64,000 nt of DNA from the human T2T-CHM13v2.0 reference genome, Homo sapiens. The translations under genes and the position numbers were made by a program. The stretch lies in assembly GCF_009914755.1 (NCBI RefSeq), contig NC_060934.1; one strand, written 5' to 3'. Each line of letters opens with the position of its first letter. Within the stretch, counting starts at the first letter, position 1. Positions 47,186 through 62,329 of the stretch are shown piece after piece. The notes beneath the pieces are model-generated. The model ran no database searches. It was not told the DNA's origin and saw nothing but the letters and a program-made list of their open reading frames with translations.

Positions 47186-49238
47186 TAGTAACTTGTAAAT
47201 AGTCTCATGGATAAATTATTAAAATGCTAACCAAGGTGATTTATTTCCTGCTTTTGAATAATTTTCCAGATAAAGTTTCCCATTTACTTTCTCTGGTTAT
47301 GTTGAGGACCAGGGCAGAAACCTCTTGCTAAGCTAGGTAAGGAGCCTCAACTGACCGGCAGAAAGAGTACACACTGTATGACCTCTGAAGGGTTTTTCTG
47401 TAGGCACCACATTCAGCACAAATTAGCTTCCACAGCCAAAAGAGCTCTAACAGGCCGGCCCTCAGGCCACTTTTTAAACACCTCTGTAGTCAACACTACA
47501 CCTAGCCAAAGCCAAGTGAGTGTCTTCCGTTGTTATTCACACTAGTATCATCACAGTTGCATTCACCAAATATTCTGAAACAAACAAGTTAATGATCAAA
47601 AAGGAAGACAGAATTTTATATCTGGAACCTCGACTTATAGACACAACCTTCATTTCCATTCCTCAAAGGTTAAATAAAAACTGAACATGTAAATATAACA
47701 GGAGAAAAATACAGACGTGAAAACAACTGGAGGCAGGAAAAGGAGTATCAATGTGATTTATGCAAGAGGCTGCTGAAGAGATTAAGTCCGGAACGCTCTC
47801 TCAAAACCCTTACTACAAAATAAAAAAGCCCAAATTTCGGCGTCACCTGCTCAGCTAAAAGACCTATGTTCTTACCTTGGTTACTTAGATCTAGTAGTTA
47901 TCTTCTGTAGTGTTACCGTTGACAACAGATACCAAACTTCCACCCCTCGCCAATCAATTCAATTATGTAGGTAAGAGATAAAAAGAAGCTGTTGCTTTTA
48001 GCTTATGTGTTAATTCCAGCCTACCCTATATTTCCATGCACCTAACAATTACAATTCACAAAAATTCCAGCTCAAATGAGAATCCACTAACTGCAAAAAA
48101 GGATGTATTTGACAACAGTCACTTTATTTTAAAACAATTCAAAGACTTACTCTGTGCCATCCACATTAAAGCTGTTTGTTGCCTACTCAGGATCACTACA
48201 TCACTTAAGTTCATCTTACATGAAAAAGTGCCCATAACAATGAACAGGAATCACGTGGTTGGTTAGGCATAAACCGTAAAATGACTGCTCAGATAAGAAG
48301 AGGCAGAAACAGAATTCTTAAGACAGGCTGTACTATATTCTCCTTTTCTGGGGGCATCAGTAGACACCACTTCTTCTAAAATATTATTCCTAATTAAGGC
48401 ATTAAGTTGGACAGGACAGAATGTGGAAGGTCCATGCACAAGAGCAGAGGCAGGCTCCCCATCACAGCTGCCAAAGGTGGCATGTGCACGTCCTTCCTGG
48501 CCAGTATGAGTAAGCTCAGAATTACATATGAGAACGTCCACTTTGGCGGACTTACTCTGTGCAAAGCACCTGTCAGAATACTTTTATGAGGCAAAGTTTA
48601 ATCCTCATAGCACATGTATAATAAAGTTTAATTACAAAAATGGTCTAATTAAGTTTGTAAAAACATTTTATCATCCCTTGGAATACTGCCTAGTATTTAA
48701 ATCCAGCCAGAAGTTTTATAAAATAATTCCACTTAGAGACAAAAATTCCTATTTATACCAAAAATTCAAGACATTTCCCTGAATATAACCAAACTGGCCA
48801 GTGGCTGAATAGTGCCATGTTCGTCCTTCATGTGCAGACACAATGCAACCTGAGGTTATTTACAGAGGCAGTTACTCATCTCATCCCAAGCAAATCTGAC
48901 ATAAGAGCTACTATAAACCAAGCAGTCCTGCACCGTTCTCTTATTCCAGTACCAAAATTAGGATTAGAAAAATGGGCACGTTTAAGCAATTCCATGCATT
49001 GCTCTGGAAGGCAAACTCAATATGCTCAAAATTCACAAGAGCTATATTCCTATACTGCTTCACAAAAAAGTTTTCAGAAGGCTGTCTTTTTAAAGGTATA
49101 AACTCATCCTAAATTAAGAGCAAATGTTCAAATAAAACATGAATGTATGAAAGTATAAAGACTTCAGAATTATGGTAAGCCTAGAAAAAAACCTATAACA
49201 TCATACTCAGATTATTTTGCATTTATTTAAGAATACTG

Positions 49239-49543
<305 letters not shown>

Positions 49544-49975
49544 GAGTAAGGATTATAAAAATGGAAGCTATTACTGTGACCTTAAATGATTTGCTGATAC
49601 AGGCTATTTTCTCATGGGGAATCACAAAAATTGTATTAAAATGTATTTTAGTTGAAAAATGCACTCTGCAAGATTTTTTGGGATATGACCACGTTAATTA
49701 AGCGCAAAAACTTTAGAAAAATTATCAAAACCAAGAAAGGTAAATAAAGAGATGCCCTACTTAAGAAGAAACCACTAGAATTTAGGGCAAAAGGGGAAGT
49801 ATGAAATACAGAATTTAAAGCCTCTATGCTAGGTTAGTCATAAAAGTACATTATAACAGATCATAAAAGTTCTATATGCACAGGACTAATACAAGAAAAT
49901 CAAAGTTGAAAGAGCTCCTGGAGCTTGCCCACCTAACTGCTCACCCAGTGGGAAATCCCTTCTTCAAAATGTATG

Positions 49976-50309
<334 letters not shown>

Positions 50310-50476
50310 CTAGCTTCAACATTTCTACAGACAAGGAGCTAATGTCTTCTTGCAGCAGCAAGACTCTTGGCCAGTTACCTCCCATTCTCAGAACCTTACC
50401 ATTTCTCCCATGTCAAGCCAGACTGGCCTAGGGAAATGGACATATTTGACCACTAAAGGAAAAAAAAACAACTTGC

Positions 50477-50615
50477 CTTGTAAAACCATTCTGTATAAGT
50501 TCTCTTTGAAATTTCTGATCTTGAGCAGCATATTCAGAAAGTTCAGATTCCACCGCCGGAGGGAGAATGTTTGGAATAAATTTAGAAAATAGAGTTGGAG
50601 CCATCTGAACCCACT
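50477..50615 (-). CDS. CACUL1: CACUL1 139-nt exon [46 protein letters not shown](R); GC donor
   Basis: Acceptor ttcctttcctcacag; donor AAG/gcaagt; phases 1 and 2 fit neighbouring exons. Confidence 0.93.
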
Positions 50616-50797
50616 CTGTGAGGAAAGGAAACAATTCATTAAGGAAATCATATAAACACACCAAATTAAATGGAAAAGGGAAAGTTTTCTTTTAAAATAT
50701 ATAGTAAGCCAAATTTAAGCAGGGGAAAAAATTAGTGCAATCCCATTCTGGTAAAGAACATACAAAGTTAAATTTCCCTTCTAAAAAGAATTTTACA

Positions 50798-51140
<343 letters not shown>

Positions 51141-52324
51141 TTACTGATTTAACAGAATTTAGTGAAAACCCCTAGGGAATTTTTGAACAAATCTTACAGA
51201 AAATTATAAGTATGGAGGAAAACATGAATGTGATTACCAAACAATTCTGAGTGGGAGGGGACTTGGTGTAAATATCAGCCTTATTAGCCATTAATTAAAA
51301 CAATATATAGCCCAAGAATAGAACAGTACAAATAATAAGTAGACATATTTAAAAAAAGAGGCAGCACAAAAGGTAGGAGGGACTGAACGTTTAATAAGTG
51401 GGCTGGAGGTAACTGGTTAGTACTTTGAAAATATTTTTTGAGCCATGTTCAATTACAGCAAATATATATAAACAACAGTAAAAAAAAAAGTGGTTATCAA
51501 ATCATTTTTTAAAAGCTCAGGAGACTATAGAAAATAAGGCAAAGAAGTCACAAGAAAACACTTGCACCAGATATGACAAAGATGAATTAGTATCTTTATT
51601 ATAACGAATATGTACAGATCAGTAAGACCAGATAAATGAGTGAAAGAACCTATAATAATAGAAACAGAATAGCCCTGTTAATATTTTAAAAAATTCAAGC
51701 TAAAATAAATATACTCTCTCCTTTTTATTCAGTGAACATTAAAGAGAATTAACACCCACCTGTATCAAGGGCATGGGGAAACCAGTATTTCCCTTCCTTG
51801 GTGGTGGTCCTCAATTAACACTATTACTCATTTTGAATTGTTTTAATCTAGCCCTTTTACATTTTTCCTCTTGGAAAACATTTTGGCTACACATGTCAAA
51901 AACTATAAAAATATTAATGCTCTTGAATCACTTTAAAAACGATAATCTGAGTAAATGATTATAAATCAGAAAAAGCCACGCTTGATGCTGTGGAACATTT
52001 GCTCTGTGGTAAGTAAAAAAGTAGAAGTTAATAAAACGTCTAACAGGAGAATAGCTAATTAAAGCTGGCAAATAAGCACTGCAAATGATACAAGGACCAA
52101 TCCATTCAGTCACGCCTTGGGAGAAACTCGTGGCAAAATGCTTCCCTCCTTCCAGTCCAGCTCAAATATGGCTTCACTAAGAGTCTCAATACAGTGCTAC
52201 AGAGAACCACTAATCAGTCACAGCTGGCAAAGTCAAACCCATCTGCCACAAAATAAAGATGAAGAAACAAAGTGTGTGTATTAAATGAAAACGGGCAGAA
52301 TAGGATTGCTGGAACTATTTCTAA

Positions 52325-52457
52325 AGAATGGATGCCAAAAATGGTAAGTCATCAGAATCTCCAAGGATTACAGCCCAGGAATCTAGAGTTTAAAAAGCCT
52401 TCTTAAGTGACTCAGATGCAGTCATACAAAGACCAGCACTTGCGAACTACTGCAGTA
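52325..52457. mobile_element. MER5-like fragment
   Basis: ATCAGAATCTCC...GCCCAGGAATCT...AGTGACTCAGATGCAG...TTGCGAACTACTG. Confidence 0.55.
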
Positions 52458-53128
52458 GAACAAACTTTTGCTTTCAAAATTCAACTTTTAAAATATTCTA
52501 ATCTTAATCTGTCAGGTGAATAAAATGGCTTTAATAAAGCAGGAACATAATGGGTACTGGCAAAACATGTAAATGTCAAAATATGTTTTCAAGTATCTCA
52601 GAAAATGTGCAGGGCAGCAAAAGGTTAGTATGTGATAAAATTCACCTTTTCAAAAGGACAATTCTCAAATATAGAATTCTCCTTACAAGTAGTATAAATC
52701 CTATTACAAGAGCTTGAACCTGGATAAAATAGCATTTAGATAAACATGTACCCACAATACTTTTCTACCTTTAGTGATAAACTTTATTTTGCAATTTTGT
52801 TACGTATAAAAGCCAGTGCTTATAAGCTGCCTACTTGGGAGGCAGAATTTGTCATACTGCACTCAGATGCTTTCAAAGGAAAAAAAATCATTCATAACCT
52901 GGTACACACACTATTTCAGGAGCCATCTTCATCACACTGCTGTAAAATTCTGAGAAACTAAATACAGAAAAGTATCAGTTTATTGGACATATGCAATAAA
53001 ATCTTTACTACTTTATACAAGTAATTTCTGTTAAAAGTCACAGAAAGTAAAGCTCAAACCCTAGATCCAAATTTAACAATAAATTTGAATACTCTAGATG
53101 TCATTAATCATTTAAAGTAGCCTAAGGG

Positions 53129-53372
53129 TTTTGTTTTGTTTTGATGGAGTCTCACTCTATCGCCCAGGCTGGAGTGCAGTGGTACGATCAGCTCAGGAAG
53201 TAGCTGGGACTACAGGCGCCCGCCACCATACCAGGCTAATTTTTTCTATTTTTAGTAGAGACGAGGTTTCACCGTGTTAGCCAGGATGGTCTGGATCTCC
53301 TGACCTCGTGATCTGCCCGCCTCGGCCTCCCAAAGTGCTGGGGATCACAGGTGTGAGCCACCACACCCAGCC
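53129..53372 (-). mobile_element. AluY-type element with ~50-bp internal deletion in the right arm
   Basis: Jumps from ...GATCAGCTCA directly to AGTAGCTGGGACTACAGG. Confidence 0.9.
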
Positions 53373-54259
53373 TAAGAAGGTATTTCTAAAATCAGTCTAC
53401 CAGTACCAGTTTTCACTTGGTTTCCATTTTAGCTTGCTAAATTCTGACAGGTCGTTTAATTAAGCAAACAAGCCATCAATTAATTAAAATAACCATTAAA
53501 CTCAAATGGATAGTAATAACAGCAGTGAATGTTTGCATGCTTATTATGTTATCAGGTACTGTGCGTTAAGCTCTTTATATCATGTTTTATTTCATTTAAT
53601 CCTCAAACAACAAAAGAATTTCACAAAAAGGTAATTACTATCTAAAAAGCATTCCTTGTATTTATAGATTGTAGAACAACGTTCTATCCTGATAACTTTT
53701 GTAATCTCTCTCCCATGGACATTTATAAGTTGCTAGACAACTCTATGACAAGTTTGAGGTTCCGGCTTATAGAAAGATATATACAAAAGCTCCTTGGGAT
53801 TCCTTTAAATTTATAATGTTTTATTCTAAGATAGAGAGACACATTAAGAATTTAAAAACCATGCTTTTGACTATAGTGATCTTTGGTATTTGCTTTGGTT
53901 CTTGTGATTGTCTCTCTCCCCAGAACATCCTTACAAAATGACTGTAACTTTACCAACACTTCTAGATTCTTCGCAAGTTACTTAACAGGCCTAAGAAGAC
54001 GGGGTTGTGAATGTGGATGTCTGTAAGTATGTGCAGCGTGAGGCAGGAAGTAAAGAAGAAACTAAGACCAAACATGAGATTCAATTTTATCCAAAGTGTA
54101 TCCTACAATTTATTTCTTGTATTTCCCTCACAGGTTCTGCAAAAACCACACTAGTTGGTTTCCACTAGCAGAGAACATTCCAACTGAGCTCTGAGTTTAC
54201 ATTTCACAATGATGAGTATCTACTCAATTTTTTTGCTCCAGCAAATCCAAGTACCATTA

Positions 54260-54484
<225 letters not shown>

Positions 54485-55426
54485 TCAAGATTTCTCTATT
54501 ACTGTTTCTCCCAAAGACTCCTGAAACATAAACAATTGTAAGAAAGGAACAGTCCAATAAACCAATCAAATGTTTATATACTAAGGATTTTATTTTTTTA
54601 ATCCACTGCAGTAGCTAAAATACGTGAAGGTCTGCTGGCCACTAATGGAAATGAATCAATTCATGAAGGTTCTGAAAAGTAAGTAAAGCTTTCTAAAAGC
54701 ACTAGTATAATGTATCATGAATGATACATTATAAGTGAGTTGAAAGTGCTTCCATTACATTTGGAGAATAAAGTATCATATGATAATCTCCCTCAATCAT
54801 TTCTCCTTCCCCCAAAACACCATTAGTAATTATTTGGTAACTGTGATCAGAGACAGAAATTCATTTCCACAAATGCTATAGCTACATCTACTATTTTCTT
54901 ACAAGAGCTAAGGGCAAGGGATGATAATGGCTCATCTTTCTCATTTTCATGTCTTTGGTGACCCTGACTCTGAACATGACAACAGAGACAGTTTTCTTTT
55001 AGGTTATCTACTGCCACACAAACATTTTTAAGAAGTTTTTAACGAGTAAGAATAATTCCTCTAGATAAGATCACTAACAAATACAAGTGAATTCCATTGA
55101 TAAGTGAACACAACAGATACTACTGATGATTCATTTTTAATTTATCTCAAAGAGCTGCATTTGCTAATAACAACAAAAAACTTAGTAGGATTTTACCCTC
55201 AGCCAGCCTTGTAACATCACATATAAACTGATTTTGTTCTGTTCATGCCTTTCTAAAAAGAGAAATGCCATCTTACTAGGCCAATAAGGATTTTACAGTC
55301 TCAAATGTACAATTTGAGTTATGTTTGAATATATATGATGGCCATCAGAGATGCACTCACTGTTCAAGTCTATCCTTCCAATTTTATCATCAGTAGATAG
55401 TTACAATTTTGAATGGCACAGACCAC

Positions 55427-55935
55427 CAGGGGTGTCCAGTCTTTTGGCTCCCCTGGCCCACACTAGAAGAAGAACTGTCTTGGGCCACACATAAAATACA
55501 CTAACGACAGCTGATGAGCTTAAAAAAAAATTGCAAAAAAACTCGTTTTAAGAAAATTTACAGGCTGGCACAGTGGCTCACGCCTGTAATCCCAACACTT
55601 TGGGAGGCTGAGGCAGGTGGAACACAAGGTCAGGAGTTCAAGACCAACCTGGCCAACTTGGTGAAACCCCCGTCTCTACTAAAAATACAAAAAAATTGGC
55701 TAGGCGTGGCGGCAGGCGCCTGTAATCCCAGCTACTCAGGAGGCTGAGGCAGAGAATTGCTTGAACCTGGGAGGCGGAGGCTGCAGTGAGCCAAGATCCC
55801 GCTACTGCACTCCAGCTTGGGTAACACAGCGAGACACTATCTAATAAAAAAAAAAGTTTACGAATTTGTGTTGGGCAGCATTCAAAGCCATACTAGGCCG
55901 CATGCGGCCCGCAGGCCATGGGTTGAACAAGCTTG
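55427..55935 (+). mobile_element. MER30 (hAT) interrupted by an AluS at 55563-55855
   Basis: CAGGGGTGTCCAGTCTTTTGGCT...CATGCGGCCCGCAGGCCATGGGTTGAACAAGCTTG; Alu TSD AAA(A/G)TTTAC. Confidence 0.8.
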
Positions 55936-57309
55936 GCATAGACAAATGCTAAGCATTTCAGAAAATCATGTTGCTTTAAAATGCAGTGTTTAAAAATTTA
56001 AATTCTAAGTGTTAGGTTTTCAAAGTTCTCTCTATTAATCCATCTTCCTAACCTTTTCACCATTTTGGCCTCCAATTAGCCTTGCTCCCACTAACTCTTC
56101 GTATTCAACCACATATTCATTATGTGGTCAAGTATATACATTTGCAAACAACTCCTACCATAACTGAAATCCCCTATGTCAAATTTGATAGCTATAAAGA
56201 AATGATAAATATAATACAAAGATATATACATAAAATGTACAGAAATTAATTTGAAATAAATTTAAAATGATTTTAGGAAAACAGTGTTTAAAACTTAAAA
56301 GATTTTCTAGTTAATCTCCCCTTTTAAGGAAAAAGAAATGGGAGTTTGGGGGTGGTAACTTGAGAGAGAAAAGAGTACTGAGCATTTAGTAAGTGCTACG
56401 TACTTTACATATATTTAATTCTCACAAGCTTTATCATCTACCTTTTTATTTTTAACAAGTGAGGAAACTGAGGCCAAAATAAAAACTCATCACTGAATAA
56501 TTCATCTGAAGTCACAGAGCTAGCTAGAGGCAGAAGAAGTTTGAGAACTTGTGTTTCACTCTAAATTCTGTACTCTACTTCACCATACCAACACTGAAAT
56601 GCTTGCTTATACGCAACAATCATCCCACAGATATCAATAAGCCGTATAGTTTAAACACTAGAATAGATAACTTCTAATCCTAAAATCTAGACAGGTTAAG
56701 TGTCTTGCTGAAAGTCACACACCTTTTGATACCTGAATTGGGACCAGAACCAAGCTCCTCTGCTCTTTCAAGTATTCCTCAGTGCTACACACTTGCTCAG
56801 GAGACTCTCTCCTTTATTAATGTGAAAAGCAATTCATAAAACTGAAAATACTCTTGGCTTCAAAAAATTTCAAACTACAATGGTTTGATCTAAAAGGCAG
56901 AACTGCCTAAGAAAATTAACTAAAACGTAACTATTTAGAACACTGTGCAAACTGAACTATAAATCTGCTGCTGCAAAAGTCAACACACTATATTTTCCCA
57001 GGAAATTTTCTATCATTAATTAACCCCATGCTACACATTTGTTACATTTGCTCAGAATCACCAACATACGACGTAAATACTTTAACAATAGAGCCTAGTA
57101 GTTTACTTTCAGCCAAAAATAGAAGCCACTTTATTTTATAAGCAAATATGCATAAAAATGATTATACCATGGAGCCGATAGAAAACTAGTTTTATTCCCA
57201 GTAAGAAGTCATTGTCTTCATTCATGAAACATACTAATAATGAATAATATGGGGCAATCAAGAACTGATTCTTTATTAACAGACAGTATTCATTTTACAT
57301 TTTTGTGTT

Positions 57310-58035
57310 GTTTTTAAGACGTGGCTCCCAAATTCTTCTGACAAACCTCTTTTGCTTTTTTTTTTTTTTTTGAGACGGAGTCTCACTCTGTAGCCAGGCT
57401 GGAGTGCAGTGGCGATCTTGGCTCACTGCAACCTCTGACTCCTGGGTTCAAGTGATTCTCCTGCCTCAGCCTCCCAAGTAGCTGGGATTACAGGCACGTG
57501 CCACCACACCCGGCTAATTTTTGTATTTTTAGTAGAGACAGGGTTTCACCATGTTGACCAGGCTGGTCTCGATCTCCTGACCTCAAGTGATCCGCCTGCC
57601 TCGGCCTCCCAAAGTGCTGGGATTACAGGTGTGAGCCATCGCGCCCAGCCGACATGCCTTTTATCAAGAGGTGGGATACATTCCTCTCCTGGAATTTGGG
57701 CTCTGTGACCCTCGCCCAGCAGAATACAGCAAAAGTGGCACTGTGCCAGTTTCTGAGCCGAGGACCTAAGATACCAGCAATTTCCATTTCCTGTATCTTG
57801 AGATACTCACTCATGAAGGAAACACAGAGGAACCAAAAGCTAGCACCAACCTACCAGCCACGTGAATGAGTCACACTGAAAGTGCCAGCCCCCAGCTGAG
57901 CCACATCAGACAATGCTGAGCAGAACAGAGATAAGCTACCCCACCCCAAGCCCTCCCAAACTGCAGAGCAAAATAAAAGACTGTTGTTTTAAGCCACTGT
58001 ATTTTTGGATGATTTGTTATACACCGATAATAAAT
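57310..58035. mobile_element. MLT1-type LTR interrupted by a minus-strand AluS (57352-57650)
   Basis: MLT1 3' motifs GCAAAATAAAAGACTGTTGTTTTAAGCCACT...TTTGTTATACA; full Alu inside. Confidence 0.7.
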
Positions 58036-58857
58036 GGAACACTAGTTTTCCAGATCTATCTGAAGCCACGGGAAGGAAATTACTGATCAGATTGTAGAAA
58101 GTTACAGAAATTGAATGTAGTTATTTGTTTTGCTGCAGTAAAGGGGTAAGTAATATAAAAATGTGTAAGTAGAAACGACATTAATAGCTGTGCTATTCTG
58201 GTTTAAACTTTAACCTCTCTTTGTCTCCGTTTCTCCATCTATAAAATGGAGGTAATGACTATACCTATCTTATAGGGTTAGGAGAATTAAATACTTGTAA
58301 AATATAGGTCCTACCACATACAAGCAGTGCGTGTGTGTTTAAAAACCTTTTGATGATCTCCCACATAATACAGTTAAACATTGTCCCTTGTTGTTCTGAA
58401 GCCCAAACCAATGAGGCCAGTTATCACTTCTCTAAGTACAATGCCTAACAACTGCTCAATAAGTATCTGATAAACTCAGTTTTTTCCAATTTACCAAAGC
58501 TTAAGGACCTTTTCTGTTTACTTGGAAATAAAAAGGTATATCCACCTTTAAGTGTAATTTTTATTGAAAACCGGACAACATGATTATGATTATGTTTTCT
58601 CTCACCAGCTCTGGACTACTATATTCTCTCTTGAATATTCTCTTTGCATACGTCCAATAAAATTAGTTTCCAAATTACTGGCAAATATAAAAATATATTT
58701 ACAAACTAGACCGGCTTTTTCTACCAAATGGTAGCATTTCTCTACAGAATTTTACCAAGATTTCAAAATGCTCTATCTTGTCATGAAAGCAAAAAGACAA
58801 TGTCAGTATCAGGAAATACTTAAGTGGTTATAATACCTGGAATACCTCATGAGACAA

Positions 58858-59156
58858 TTTTTTTTTTTTTGAGACAGGAGTCTTGCTCTGTCGCCCAGGC
58901 TGGAGTGCAGTGACGCGATCTCGGCTCACTGCAAGCTCCGCATCCCGGGTTCACGCCATTCCCCCTGCCTCAGCCTCCCAAGTAGCTGGGACTACAGGCG
59001 CCCGCCACCATGCCCGGCTAATTTTTTTTTGTATTTTCAGTAGAGACGGGGTTTCACCGTGTTAGCCAGGATGATCTCAATCTCCTGACCTCGTGATCCG
59101 CCGGCCTCAGCCTCCCAAAGCGCTGGGATTACAGGCGTGAGCCACTGCGCCCGGCC
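58858..59156 (-). mobile_element. AluY
   Basis: CpG-rich with AluY diagnostics; TSD AGACAAT. Confidence 0.95.
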
Positions 59157-59644
59157 AAGACAATGTTTAAAGATGTTTATAAACATCTCCCAGCCTTACA
59201 AAAAAAAATGGGAACATAATAATGAAATGTATATTATCTTCAACTACACTATTCTTTGAAAAAAAACCCCTGCCTTTCTAAACTTGCCCCATGCTTGATA
59301 ATTCCTTCACTTAATTCAGCATCAAAAATGAAAAAAAAAAAGTTTATGGTCAAGCTTAGAACAATTCTTTTGTAGATTCTGGTAAAAGTTCATTGTGGTG
59401 AACGCTAATTACGGCTCAAAGGAAAGCAAAAATACATACTGCCAACCCAAATATGTGCCACATTCGAAAAAATGACTTGATGTGTCACATAAGATAGGAG
59501 CTTTAAAAGGACGCTGAGGACACTGAGACATTAGGTTACAGGGACTTCCTAACTCCACCTGGAGAAGTATATTCTTTCAGGAAAGGTAGAATGAGATGCT
59601 ACCTACTGCGAGGGGGAAGAGGACTCAAGAATGGGAAGAGGAGA

Positions 59645-59993
<349 letters not shown>

Positions 59994-60513
59994 CTACACA
60001 GGCACATGAAATATTTTACAAATCCTAATTCACAGGAGAGAAAACTCAGGGCCACAAGAGGCAAAGACGTTTGCCTAAAATAGAGAATAAATGACAGAAC
60101 CAGACTAGAGAAGAGTTTCTGCACTAGAGTAAAAATCAGAGGATTCTGTACTACCATTTCAAAGAAATAACACTGTATTCCTTCTAGAGTTACTAGTAGT
60201 AAAGTTAGAAGTGAACTTCCTAATAATACTTTCCCTACTGTCAGGAAAAAGGGGCGGCGGGGAGGGGGCAACAAGTTCTCAGGGCAGACACAAGGGCACT
60301 GTCCAATGACCTGGTCAAGGTGCTCACAGCTCACCGGGTGACCTTCAAGTCCCATTTTTAATTCTGCAGTGTCTCAGGTGGGCTTCAACACTTCCTGCTA
60401 TCTGGTTCAGAAGATGTTAACATTGGGGTTTACGTGACAATGCTCTCAGACCAAAAAAAAAAGAAAAAGGAAAGATCATTGCTAGTGTTATCTCACCCGT
60501 ATAAGCTGAATTA

Positions 60514-60669
<156 letters not shown>

Positions 60670-61186
60670 TTAGTCTAATGAACTGGAGCACTAAATATTT
60701 TAGAAAACAATGCATAAAGGCATCAATTAAAGCAGAAAAACTCAACATCCAACAACAAAAGCCATGCAACTATTAGTTACTTGTCTTTCTGGCACGGGGT
60801 GGAAAGCATAAAAAAATGTTTTGAACTATACATCTTCAAAAGAACACTGGGAGATACCAACATTAACTAGACAGGGATGTACAAACATTGTAGAATCACA
60901 CTGTGTGGAATACCCTTTAAAAATACATCACCAAAAGACAACATGAGAAACACTAATGAAAAGTACCCCATTTATCAATGATCTGGGTTGAAAGCAGGCT
61001 GTGGACATGCACTGGTTGACTCCCCAGCACACACTCAATTTCACTGATTAAGTCATTCAGCTTCTGGCATTCCCTGGGGACCACCTTTGGTTCAGAAGTA
61101 GACACTCAAGGCAGCCCAAGCAGACTTAGAGAAATTGTGGTGTGAGGGAAAAATCTCCTGCAGTCATCTTATAACCATGAGGGGAA

Positions 61187-61564
61187 TGTCAGGCCTCTGA
61201 GCCCAAGCCTGCATGTATACATCCAGATGGCCTAACGCAACTGAAAAATCACAAAAGAAGTGAAAATGGCCGGTTTCTGCCTTAACTGAGGACATTATCT
61301 TGTGAAATGCCTTCTCCTGGACAATGAGTCTCAGAAGCTCCCTGCGGAGCTCCTGGGCCGAGCACCTTGTGACCCCTGCCCACCACAGAACAACCCCTTT
61401 GACTGTAATTTTCCACTACCTACACAAATCCTATAAAACTGCCCCAGCTCATCTCCCTTCGCTGATTCTTTTCGGATTCAGCCCACCTGCACCCAGGTGA
61501 TTAAAAAGCTTTATTGCTCACACAAAAGCCTGTTGGTGGTCTCTTCACAAAGACGCCCGTGACA
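61187..61564 (+). mobile_element. LTR7-family (HERV-H) solo LTR, antisense in a CACUL1 intron, inside an older MLT1 relic
   Basis: TGTCAGGCCTCTGAGCCCAAGC...GTGACA; TATA-like CCTATAAAA ~61430; ATTAAA ~61500; TSD GGGAA at 61182 and 61565. Confidence 0.9.
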
Positions 61565-61789
61565 GGGAACAGGATAAAACCGATGTTACGGAGAGCAGAG
61601 AGACCAAAAATCAAGTCCTTAGTAATACTATTGAACCACAGATTCAACCAACCCTGGACACAGCCTTATTTCTGGAGTTTTATTATAAGAGATAATACTC
61701 TTCATTATTTACTTAAATCACTTTGAATCATGTTTTCTGTTTCTTGCAGCTGAAATCCTGACTAGAATTACTGGCAAGTCAAAGTTTTT

Positions 61790-62305
<516 letters not shown>

Positions 62306-62329
62306 TGAATTCTTAACACACGTTTCTCT

